DNA of 43,333 nt from Chloroflexota bacterium (GTDB lineage: Bacteria; Chloroflexota; UBA5177), in NCBI GenBank assembly GCA_050695395.1, contig JBOGSL010000155.1, forward strand, positions 1-43,333, given 5' to 3'. The translations under genes and the position numbers were made by a program. Positions 8,076 to 16,509 of this stretch are shown here, in pieces. Position 1 is the stretch's first letter. The number at the start of each line of letters is the position of its first letter. The notes below the pieces were generated by a model. The model searched no databases and was not told the origin of the DNA. It saw only the letters and a program-made list of their open reading frames with translations.

Positions 8076-9551
8076 ATGATCGTCAAAAGTGGCTTGGTGG
8101 TCCGACCTGATGGCACAACCACCCAGCTTGACATTCGCATCAGGGACGGTCGGATCGAAGCGCTAGGATCCTTTGACGCCGATGATGATACCATCGACGC
8201 GTCACATTGCCTGGTGGCTCCCGGCATCATCAATACCCACTGCCACTCCAACGAGAACTTCTTCAAGGGGTTGTTCGACAACATGCCCCTTGAGATCTGG
8301 CTCCTCTTCTCCTACCCGGTGCTGGCCGCCTCTCCGCAGTCCCCGCGCGAGATCTACGTGCGGACCATGCTCGGCTGCATCGAGATGCTCAAGACCGGGT
8401 GCACCACGGTGGTCGATTTCCTGTATGAGATGCCCGAGACCAATCCAGACACGGTGGCGGCCGTGCTGCAGGCCTACCTGGACAGCGGCATGCGCGTGTT
8501 GCTCATCGTTGGCTATGCAGACAAGGTCTACTACGAAACCACGCCGCTTGCCACCGACCTTTTGACTCCCGAGCTCAAGAACCGCATCGATAGCACTCCG
8601 CTCCTGTCTGCCGAGCAGAACATCGACCTGGTCGATTCGATCCGGTCGGAGTGGCACGGGCGCGGGGACCGCATCATGATCGGTCTCGGCCCCAGCGGCC
8701 CGCAGCGCTGTACCGACCGGCAGCTCGACCTCTCGGCGAACTATGCCGAACGGCACGATCTCCAGATCCACATCCACACCCTGGAGACCAAGATGCAGGC
8801 GTACAGCGGTCATCTTTACTACGGCAAGACGATCATCCAGCATCTGGCTGAGCTCGAGTTTCTGAGCTCGCGCGTCAGCCTCAACCACGCGATCTGGCTC
8901 ACGGAGCAGGACATCGATCAGGTTGCTTTATCCGGCGCCGGCACCACGCACAATTTACTGAGCAATTTCAAGCTGGGGAGCGGTATATCGCCCGTCCCCG
9001 AGATGCTCGCCAAGGGCATCAACGTGAGCATCGGCACCGACGGGAAGAGCAGCAATGACAGCCAGAACCTCTACGAAGTGCTGAAGTCCGTGGCCCTACT
9101 GCACAAAACGCAGCAGCCGGAGTTCGAGCGATGGCTTGGTGCGCCGGAAGCGTGGCGGATGGCGACAGTTGGGGGGGCGCGATCAGTCGGTATGCGAGAG
9201 GAGTTGGGCTCGATCGAACCCGGCTACCGCGCGGACCTGGTTTTGTTCGACCTGCGCAGCGTTCCGTTTACACCGCTCAACAATCCCTTACATCAACTGG
9301 TCTATTGTCTGCCGAGCAGCGCGGTGAAGACGGTTCTAGTCGAAGGCAAGGTCGTGGTGAGCGACGGGCAGTTGTGCGGCGTGGACGAAGGGGTATTACT
9401 GGCCGAAGGCCAGGAGCTTGGCCGTGAGTTTGTCGGCCGAAGCGGTCCCACGTTCGAGCTTGCTCGGCAGCTCGTGCCGAGCGTGGCTGCGGGATACCGA
9501 CGGGCAGTGGCCCAGTGTGTAGGAGTGAACCGGTATGTCGGAAACAATTGA
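8076..9551 (+). CDS. Amidohydrolase superfamily protein (MtaD/guanine-deaminase/chlorohydrolase-like aminohydrolase)
   Basis: The ATG at 8076 gives MIVKSGLVVRPDG...LVAPGIINTHCHS, the HxH metal motif. Later segments read ...HIHTLET... and ...GTDG.... The ORF portion upstream of 8076 is antisense to the neighbouring gene. Confidence 0.8.
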   Translation: MIVKSGLVVRPDGTTTQLDIRIRDGRIEALGSFDADDDTIDASHCLVAPGIINTHCHSNENFFKGLFDNMPLEIWLLFSYPVLAASPQSPREIYVRTMLGCIEMLKTGCTTVVDFLYEMPETNPDTVAAVLQAYLDSGMRVLLIVGYADKVYYETTPLATDLLTPELKNRIDSTPLLSAEQNIDLVDSIRSEWHGRGDRIMIGLGPSGPQRCTDRQLDLSANYAERHDLQIHIHTLETKMQAYSGHLYYGKTIIQHLAELEFLSSRVSLNHAIWLTEQDIDQVALSGAGTTHNLLSNFKLGSGISPVPEMLAKGINVSIGTDGKSSNDSQNLYEVLKSVALLHKTQQPEFERWLGAPEAWRMATVGGARSVGMREELGSIEPGYRADLVLFDLRSVPFTPLNNPLHQLVYCLPSSAVKTVLVEGKVVVSDGQLCGVDEGVLLAEGQELGREFVGRSGPTFELARQLVPSVAAGYRRAVAQCVGVNRYVGNN

Positions 9552-10041
9552 CGTCGTCGTCGAGATTCCTAGAGGTAGCCGCAACAAGTATGAGTACGAT
9601 CACGTCACGAACCGAATCCGGCTGGATCGCGTGCTGCACTCGTCCGTCCACTACCCTACGGATTACGGATTCCTTCCCGAAACGCTTGCCACGGACGGGG
9701 ATCCGCTGGACGTACTGATCATCGTCCACGAACCAAACTACCCCGGCGTGGAGCTTCCGGTACGACCGATTGGAGTTCTGCGCATGCGAGACGAGCACGG
9801 TGAGGATGAGAAGATACTGGGCGTTCCTGTTGGCGATCCGCGCTTTGACGACATCGAAGATATCGAAGATCTACGCCAGCATTGGCTCAAGGAAATCGAG
9901 AACTTCTTCGCAACGTATAAGCTTCTGGAAGACAAGGAGACTGAGCTCCACGGGTGGGAAGGCTCTCGTCAGGCTCGGGCAGTCATCGCCGAGAGCCGTC
10001 GCAGGTATCGGGAGACGATCGAGGGTTCCGCCGCACCGTAA
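9535..10041 (+). CDS. ppa: Inorganic pyrophosphatase (family I)
   Basis: EIPRGSRNKYEYDH...RLDRVLHSSVHYPTDYGFLPETLATDGDPLDVLI. An AGGAG SD sits upstream. The gene overlaps the previous gene by 17 nt. Confidence 0.95.
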   Translation: MSETIDVVVEIPRGSRNKYEYDHVTNRIRLDRVLHSSVHYPTDYGFLPETLATDGDPLDVLIIVHEPNYPGVELPVRPIGVLRMRDEHGEDEKILGVPVGDPRFDDIEDIEDLRQHWLKEIENFFATYKLLEDKETELHGWEGSRQARAVIAESRRRYRETIEGSAAP

Positions 10042-10061
10042 GGCAGCGGCGCCTGCAGGCG

Positions 10062-11849
10062 TCAGGCGTGAGGGCCGTCGGCCAGACGCCAATCTCGCAG
10101 TTGCACTTGCGGCCTCGAGGCTCCACGCCAGTTGTCAATCTGAAGGTGGAAGGCCACGTCTAGCCTCGCCCCATCCGGAACCTGCTGAAACGACGGCGAC
10201 GCATTGAAGAAAACGCCGTTCACGCGGCAGTTGCCTTGCCGCACGGTGAGGCCTATGTGTTTTCCATTCTGCGAGACGCGCCGGCGCCGTATGGTCACGC
10301 CCCGTGCCATGAAAACCGGCTCGTCGAAACCCATGCCGAACGGCGCCAGGCTCCTCACCAGTTCGGCGGCCCTCATATCAAGCTGAGATAGAGACACCTC
10401 GGCATCAACCTTCAGGGTCTTCTCCAGGCAATCAATCGGTACCGCGGCTAGCGCTGCGTCTTTGAGAAGTCCCTCGGCAATCTCGAGCCGGTCGGCCGCT
10501 ACCCTGAAACCGCCTGCCCCCGCGTGCCCGCCGAATCCCAGGAACAACCCGCCGGCCAGACTCGCCTCGCAAGTCTCCAGGAGAGAATCTATGCGGACGC
10601 CGGGTGCGCCGCGGCCCGATACGGTCACCACGCCCTCGGCATCCACGCACCCCGCAAATGCCGGCAGACCGTATCGATCCACCAATTTTGCCGACAGGAG
10701 GCCCGAGATTCCAGGCGCCCAGTCGCCGGTCACGATCAGCACCGGAGCCATCGCCCCAGAAGCGACCTTCGCCAGCACCTCTTCGACTGGACCCAGTGTC
10801 CCCGCCAGTGCCGCGAAGCGCTCACTTACCATCTTCTGCCGTTCGCCGTTGAGGGAACTGAGACGTGATGCCAACTCTCCGGCCCGGCTCGGGTCATCGG
10901 CGGTGAGCAACTCGTAGGCCAGAGCGGGCGACGCCATTCGATTGGCGGCGTTGATGCGGGGCGCAAGATAAAAGCCCACCGAGACCGGGTCGATCTTGTC
11001 TTGCTCAACCCGCGCCACATCGAGCAGTGCTAAGAGTCCCGGCCGAGCTGACTGCCGCAGTGCCTGAAGACCGGCTATCACCAACGATCGATTCTCGTCC
11101 CGGACGGGCACGACGTCGGCTATCGTGCCCAGCGCTACGAGATCAAGTTGGTCGGATGGGTCAGGACCTCCCAGCTTTTCATGTAGGGCCTGGGCCAGCT
11201 TATAGACGACCCCGACGCCGCACAAGTGCCGGTATGGATACGTCGAATCGTAGCGGGTCGGGGCGACGGTCAGGCAGTCGGGCAGAGACAGGTCCGGGCG
11301 GGCCTCATGGTGATCGGTCACCACCACATCCATCCCAAGGTCTTGGGCCACCTGAACTTCGGCGAGGGCCGTAACAGCGCAATCGGCGGTGATAATCAGG
11401 TTAACTCCGCGGTCCGCGAGGCGCGTCAGGCGGTCGAGATGAAGGCCGTGACCATCACCTCGGTCAGGAATCTCCACCAGTGGGTCGGCTCCGAGCCGAC
11501 GAAGGGTCGTATCCAGCAATGCTGCCGAGGTTATCCCGTCGCAGTCGAAGTCGCCGTACACAGCTATCCGCTCGCCATCCGCCAGCGCTCGCCCGATGCG
11601 ATCTACCGCCGCGCCCATATCCGGAAGAAGAAAGGGATCGTGCGAGATAGGAATCTGCGCAAAGAACTCGGCGATTTCGCGCACGGTTCGATAGCCGCGG
11701 CAGTACAGCAAATGCGACAGCATTACGCTGCGGCCGTCTATCTCAGCTCGAATCTCATCCGGCAGCGGCGAGGCGAGATTCCATACTGCGCGCTCGCCGC
11801 GAAGAGCTTCGACAGGCACAGTGTCTTGACTCACCACATACTTTAACAA
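10062..11849 (-). CDS. recJ: Single-stranded-DNA-specific exonuclease RecJ
   Basis: DHH-family motifs GDFDCDGITSAALL, ADCAV and VVTDHHE, plus a DHHA1-like GGHAGAGG. The start (TTG at 11849 or nearby GTGs) is uncertain. Confidence 0.9.
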   Translation of the reverse strand: MLKYVVSQDTVPVEALRGERAVWNLASPLPDEIRAEIDGRSVMLSHLLYCRGYRTVREIAEFFAQIPISHDPFLLPDMGAAVDRIGRALADGERIAVYGDFDCDGITSAALLDTTLRRLGADPLVEIPDRGDGHGLHLDRLTRLADRGVNLIITADCAVTALAEVQVAQDLGMDVVVTDHHEARPDLSLPDCLTVAPTRYDSTYPYRHLCGVGVVYKLAQALHEKLGGPDPSDQLDLVALGTIADVVPVRDENRSLVIAGLQALRQSARPGLLALLDVARVEQDKIDPVSVGFYLAPRINAANRMASPALAYELLTADDPSRAGELASRLSSLNGERQKMVSERFAALAGTLGPVEEVLAKVASGAMAPVLIVTGDWAPGISGLLSAKLVDRYGLPAFAGCVDAEGVVTVSGRGAPGVRIDSLLETCEASLAGGLFLGFGGHAGAGGFRVAADRLEIAEGLLKDAALAAVPIDCLEKTLKVDAEVSLSQLDMRAAELVRSLAPFGMGFDEPVFMARGVTIRRRRVSQNGKHIGLTVRQGNCRVNGVFFNASPSFQQVPDGARLDVAFHLQIDNWRGASRPQVQLRDWRLADGPHA

Positions 11850-12116
11850 TCGGACTTTGGGCGATGGTGGGGCTGCAGATACGGGCGACTCCTCGCTGTA
11901 GTAGCGTTCCCGCCCCTGGAGGGTCGTGAATACCGAACGGCGCCGGATTCACTAGTACAGGAACTCCGGCGCCGCGCAGTGAAAAGAGAAGGCTCTCTTA
12001 GTAAGCCACGGTTTTCCTGGATCCGACAGTGCCGGCGGTCCCGCCGTGAAGGGGAGTATCGACCCTCGAGGCGCCCGGGGCACGCATCTTGCGCGCCCTT
12101 GCAGTTGGAGGTTCGT

Positions 12117-12422
12117 ATGGACAGATCACTGACCGAAGAGCAAGAAGATCAAGCCGCCGGAGGTGACATTGGCATAGGCGACGGGGATATTGCAGCCACG
12201 AACAGACCAAGTCGCCGCAATCCGGCTGATGGGACAGGCACTCCAGAGGGAACCGACACTGGTGAGACCGGAGTGATCCGTACGAGTGCAGCGCCCGGAG
12301 AGACTGGCGGCTACGGCAGTGAAGCCACCCCGGGGAGCCTCCCGAAGGATCAGGGGGGACTCAGTGGCGGCTACGGCACCGGAGGCGTGGACCCCGAGGA
12401 ACAGGCCCAGGAGCCCGAGTAA
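12117..12422 (+). CDS. Small acidic Gly/Thr/Glu-rich hypothetical protein
   Basis: ATG at 12117 with GGAGG 5 nt upstream. The translation starts MDRSLTEEQEDQAAGG... The stop lies 2 nt before the next ATG. No family was recognised. Confidence 0.4.
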   Translation: MDRSLTEEQEDQAAGGDIGIGDGDIAATNRPSRRNPADGTGTPEGTDTGETGVIRTSAAPGETGGYGSEATPGSLPKDQGGLSGGYGTGGVDPEEQAQEPE

Positions 12423-12424
12423 CC

Positions 12425-12685
12425 ATGGATGAGCAAGACGGAGACGCACCGGTTCCGGCCACCATCGGAGTCACCGGAACCGATGAGATGAACGTGACGG
12501 TCGAGCCCGACGACCCAAATGTGGCGAGCGAAGGTTTTGCCGCCTCTGATTCGGGATCCACCGCCCCCTTCGAACCGTCGGACGAGCTCCTGACGGGCCG
12601 GGTAGAGCGCCCGGAAGCGGCGCGACATGGCGAGACATCGGAAGAGGGCCAGGAGCCGCCGGGCGCCTGGGAGAGAAAGCCGTAA
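12425..12685 (+). CDS. Small acidic hypothetical protein, apparently translationally coupled to the preceding ORF
   Basis: The junction reads TAA-CC-ATG. The product is an 86-aa Asp/Glu-rich protein. No family was recognised. Confidence 0.35.
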   Translation: MDEQDGDAPVPATIGVTGTDEMNVTVEPDDPNVASEGFAASDSGSTAPFEPSDELLTGRVERPEAARHGETSEEGQEPPGAWERKP

Positions 12686-13278
12686 ACCGGTTTTCCTTAA
12701 CCTAATCGCAACCCTCAACGATTGGCTACGTCCGCTCGCCGGGGTATGCTGCGCCCATGGAATTGATCTGGATCGACAAAGGTAACCGGCCCAGCACGGC
12801 CGATGTGGCGATTGACAGTCCGGCGGCCGCGTTGCACTGCCAAACCTTCAACCCGGCACCTTATGTGGCTCTCTTGGCCGGCTTGTCGTGTGTTGCCATC
12901 CTCGCCGTGTCGTCGCTGGGGAGCTTGATCGCGCTTCTGTAGGGCGACGCGGGACCACCCTCATCGTTGCTCGGAGTTGAATCCGCCAAAACGGTGACGC
13001 GCCGAAGTTCGACGCGATTCCCTTCTCTGCCCCCTCGGAACGGCGTCACGCTCGTAGGCCGGTGGGGAGCCGCCGCTGCCTGAAGAAGGGGCGCGGGATG
13101 TCGTGTTCCCTGAGGGGGAAGGGAGGCAGCGGGGCGGCGAACCGCGCCGCTGCCTGATTGCCTGCATTATCTGGTCACTTCGGACCTTTGTCAACGGTTT
13201 CTTTTTGAAGCTCAGTCGTGGCAACCAGGGACGAAGGAGGCCCTGGGAGCGGGAGCCGAGCCGCAACGCGCTCTCGTC

Positions 13279-15633
13279 TTACGCCGAGCGACGCGATTCC
13301 TGCCGGAGCCAGAGAAGCAACTCGCCGGCCGGAAGCGGCTGGCTGAGATAGTAGCCCTGTATGCCATCGCAACCCATCGCTGCTAGAGTATCCCAGGTGT
13401 CGCGGCGCTCCACGCCCTCTGCGATCACTGCCAACCCCAGATTGTGCCCCAGATCAATTACCGCCCGTACGATCACCTCGTCGTTATTGCCGTTGGCCAT
13501 GTCAGAGACGAACGAACGGTCGATCTTCACCTCGGCTGCTGGGATCTGTTTGAGATATGCCAAGGACGAGTAACCGGTACCGAAATCGTCAATCGATACA
13601 CGCACACCCATCTCGTGTAGCGGCTGCAGAATAGCCATGGCTTGGTGAACATCCGCCATCACAGCGCTCTCGGTCACCTCCACGGCTAGCACAGACGGAT
13701 CGAGCTTGTGATGAGCGAGATTGGTAGCAATGGTCGACGTGAGATCTCTATCGAGTAAACACTGGGCGGAGAGATTGATAGCGACCATGACATCCGACCC
13801 TGCGGCCCGCCACGCGCGGCACCACCGCAGCGCCTCGTTCAGCACCCAGAGAGTGAGGGGTTTAATCAATCCGGTTTGCTCCGCCAGGGGAATAAATTCA
13901 TCGGGCGCAATCATGCCGCGGACGGGATGGTGCCAGCGAGCGAGCGCCTCGACTCGGTTGACGTCACCGTCGCTCAGGCGCAAGCGCGGCTGAAAATTGA
14001 GAGAAAGCTGTCCGTTGTGGATGGCCTGGCGTAGGTCTTCAATGAGGTCGAGCCGTTCCGGCTGGTGCTGGTCGTGCTCGGATTCGTACACCACGATGCC
14101 CCTGTGCGACCTCTTTGCAACGTACATCGACACGTCGGCGCGACGTAGCAAGGACTCGCTGTCGTCACCGTGCTCGGGAAACAGGGCTATGCCGATACTG
14201 GCCTCGACCGTGAGGCGGTGGCCGTCTATCGGAAACGGGTGAGCCAGGGACGCCTGAATCTTGTTGGCCACCCGCACCGCGCCCAGCAACTCGGCTTCCG
14301 GCAGAACCACTGCGAACTCGTCACCACCCAGTCGAGCCACAGTGTCCGGCTCGCGCAGAACCTGCCTTAGCCTGGTGCTCGTTTGTGAGAGCAGGAGATC
14401 TCCGTAGTGATGACCGAAGGTATCGTTGATCTCCTTGAAACCGTCGAGGTCCATGAGTAACAGCCCGACGCGTCGGTCGGTGCGGCGAGCGGAGAGCACG
14501 GCTTGCCGCAGTCTGTCGTTCAGCAACGTTCGATTGGGCAGATCCGTGAGAGCGTCATGCAGGGCCTGATGCTCGAGGGCGGCCTCGAAACGACGGCGTT
14601 CGCTCACATCCCGTCCGATCCCCTGGACGCCGATCGGGCGTCCGTCCCGGTAGAGCAACTGAGTATTGACTTCGATGGGGAGACGGCCGCCATCACGCTT
14701 TGTGATGCTCAGCTCGTACGTGGTCGACTCGCCTCCCGCAAGTTTGTCAGCGATCATTCGGCGGGCCTGGTCGAGCGACTCCGGAACGATCACATCGGCC
14801 ATATTCAGGGCCAACGCCACCTCTTCGCTATACCCTGTGAGGCGCTCGGCCATGCGATTGATGGACGTGAAGTTGCCCTGCAGGTCGATGGTGAAAACGA
14901 TGTCGCCCGCATTTTGAAAGAGGTCGTGATAGCGCTGCTCCCGCTCGCGCAATGCCTCTTCTCGCTGCATCCGTTCCGATATATCGTGGGCCACGAACGT
15001 GATTGCGACGGCCCGCCCATGGTCGTCCGTCACCGTTGCTGAACTGACTTCGGCGGGAAAGAGCGAGCCGTCCGACCGGCGGGCCTGATAAACGGAATTG
15101 TACCCGCTTTCCACTTCCAGATTGGCGCGCTCCCGCAGCACCGCCGCGACGCGGTCGCCTTCTTCCTCGGCGGCCATCTCGGCGATGTGCTTTCCCAAGA
15201 TCTCGTCGGTAGAGTAGAGGAAAAGCTCCGCTGCCCGACGATTGACCTGGCAGATGCGTCCTTCCAGGTCCGTGACGGCGATCGCGTCCGGCGATGTCTC
15301 TATCAGGCTGCGATAGTGCTTTTCACTGGCGCGAAGGCTTTGTTCAACCTGCGCTTGGCGGGAATTGGCCTCGCGAAGAACGTCGGTCTCCGATCGCGCC
15401 CTGGCTCGTTCCTCCTTTACCTGAAACGAAGAGAGCCCCAGCAGGCAGACACCCACGATCAAAGCGAGGATCGCCATTCCGGCGTCCCCTGCAATGAGTG
15501 TCTTGACATCGATGATAGCCATACTGGCCAGGGCGACCGCCAGGATCGGCAGTCGAGGCCACCAGCGCTCGAGATGAATCGTTTCCCCACTCCCCGAAAC
15601 GGGCGCGATTGACGAAGGTCGCATGGGGAGCAT
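13279..15633 (-). CDS. Membrane-anchored PAS-PAS-GGDEF-EAL c-di-GMP signalling protein (diguanylate cyclase/phosphodiesterase)
   Basis: Intact RLGGDEFAVV, EALARW and IDDFGTGYSSLAYLK motifs. Two N-terminal TM segments and PAS-like segments are present. Confidence 0.9.
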   Translation of the reverse strand: MLPMRPSSIAPVSGSGETIHLERWWPRLPILAVALASMAIIDVKTLIAGDAGMAILALIVGVCLLGLSSFQVKEERARARSETDVLREANSRQAQVEQSLRASEKHYRSLIETSPDAIAVTDLEGRICQVNRRAAELFLYSTDEILGKHIAEMAAEEEGDRVAAVLRERANLEVESGYNSVYQARRSDGSLFPAEVSSATVTDDHGRAVAITFVAHDISERMQREEALREREQRYHDLFQNAGDIVFTIDLQGNFTSINRMAERLTGYSEEVALALNMADVIVPESLDQARRMIADKLAGGESTTYELSITKRDGGRLPIEVNTQLLYRDGRPIGVQGIGRDVSERRRFEAALEHQALHDALTDLPNRTLLNDRLRQAVLSARRTDRRVGLLLMDLDGFKEINDTFGHHYGDLLLSQTSTRLRQVLREPDTVARLGGDEFAVVLPEAELLGAVRVANKIQASLAHPFPIDGHRLTVEASIGIALFPEHGDDSESLLRRADVSMYVAKRSHRGIVVYESEHDQHQPERLDLIEDLRQAIHNGQLSLNFQPRLRLSDGDVNRVEALARWHHPVRGMIAPDEFIPLAEQTGLIKPLTLWVLNEALRWCRAWRAAGSDVMVAINLSAQCLLDRDLTSTIATNLAHHKLDPSVLAVEVTESAVMADVHQAMAILQPLHEMGVRVSIDDFGTGYSSLAYLKQIPAAEVKIDRSFVSDMANGNNDEVIVRAVIDLGHNLGLAVIAEGVERRDTWDTLAAMGCDGIQGYYLSQPLPAGELLLWLRQESRRSA

Positions 15634-15743
15634 ATCTCAAGCCAATGTGTACTTCAACTGGTCGAAAGGAGAATAGGGGCGGCCGGCCGACGTCGTCGCG
15701 TCGGCGGCCTCCGTTCCGTAGCCTCAGGGGAACACCAGGGCGC

Positions 15744-16505
15744 CTAGGAGTCGATCAGGACGACGGGCTCCGGGCCGGTCAATCCCAGCGCGGTCCACTG
15801 GGCCAGGTCGTGGCCGAAGACACAGCGTGTATTAGGGCGTTCCGCCAGCCGGCGTAAGCGCCGGAGGCTCGAACGGGCCGCAGTTACATCTACAACTGCC
15901 CCTAACTTGTCCTCCCGCCAATGCTCTTCTGTGTAGACGGCGTCCCAGGTGAACAGCCAGTCTTGGCCGGGGCTGTGGATCAAGACCGATTGGTGGCCCG
16001 GCGTGTGTCCGGGCGTGAGCAGCATATCGACGCCGCTCACCGGCGACCAGTCACCCCGCACGTTGCGAAATGTGACAAAGGGACCATCCCAAAACGCCGG
16101 ATCTTCACTATCTGCCACCGATTCCAGTTCTGCATCCTGGACCCAGAGGGGGACGTCGCGCAACAGCGGATTGCCTCCGGCATGGTCGAAGTGTAGGTGG
16201 GTGTTCACCACCATGTCGAGTTCGGAGGTACGGAGTCCGAGAAGCTCCAGTTGTGCGTCAACTCGCTCGTGAGGACCGACGAGGGGCTTGATCCAGGCGG
16301 GGTCCAGGTCAAAGGCCCGACTGAGACCGCCCGGGTCACCCGCAGCGGCCGGCGGAACTCCAGTGTCGATGAGAATGTTCTTTCCGTCTTGCTGAACCAG
16401 GAGCATCATGACCGGCAGAGTTATCTTCCGGTGCGAGTCGTCGCCAGGGTGGATGACGGCCCGGTCAACGGATAAGCGGCCCCCCGACAGGGCAGAAACC
16501 TTCAG
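15744..16505 (-). CDS. AiiA/AhlD-like N-acyl-homoserine-lactonase-family MBL-fold hydrolase, probably starting at a CTG codon
   Basis: HLHFDHAGGN, TPGHTPGHQSV and FGHD motifs. The first ATG is at 16409. However, the frame is open upstream and encodes LKVSALSGGRLSVDRAVIHPGDDSHRKITLPV, which aligns with the AiiA N-terminus. The only start-type codon there is the CTG at 16505. Confidence 0.8.
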   Translation of the reverse strand: MKVSALSGGRLSVDRAVIHPGDDSHRKITLPVMMLLVQQDGKNILIDTGVPPAAAGDPGGLSRAFDLDPAWIKPLVGPHERVDAQLELLGLRTSELDMVVNTHLHFDHAGGNPLLRDVPLWVQDAELESVADSEDPAFWDGPFVTFRNVRGDWSPVSGVDMLLTPGHTPGHQSVLIHSPGQDWLFTWDAVYTEEHWREDKLGAVVDVTAARSSLRRLRRLAERPNTRCVFGHDLAQWTALGLTGPEPVVLIDS

Positions 16506-16509
16506 GCGT

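Noticed and set aside
12757-13266. Small ORFs 12757-12942 (+, 61 aa with a hydrophobic tail) and 12961-13266 (-, 101 aa)
   Set aside because: They have no SD sites and no recognisable family. The 101-aa frame is Arg/Ser/Pro-rich shadow-like. There is too little evidence to call either as a gene.
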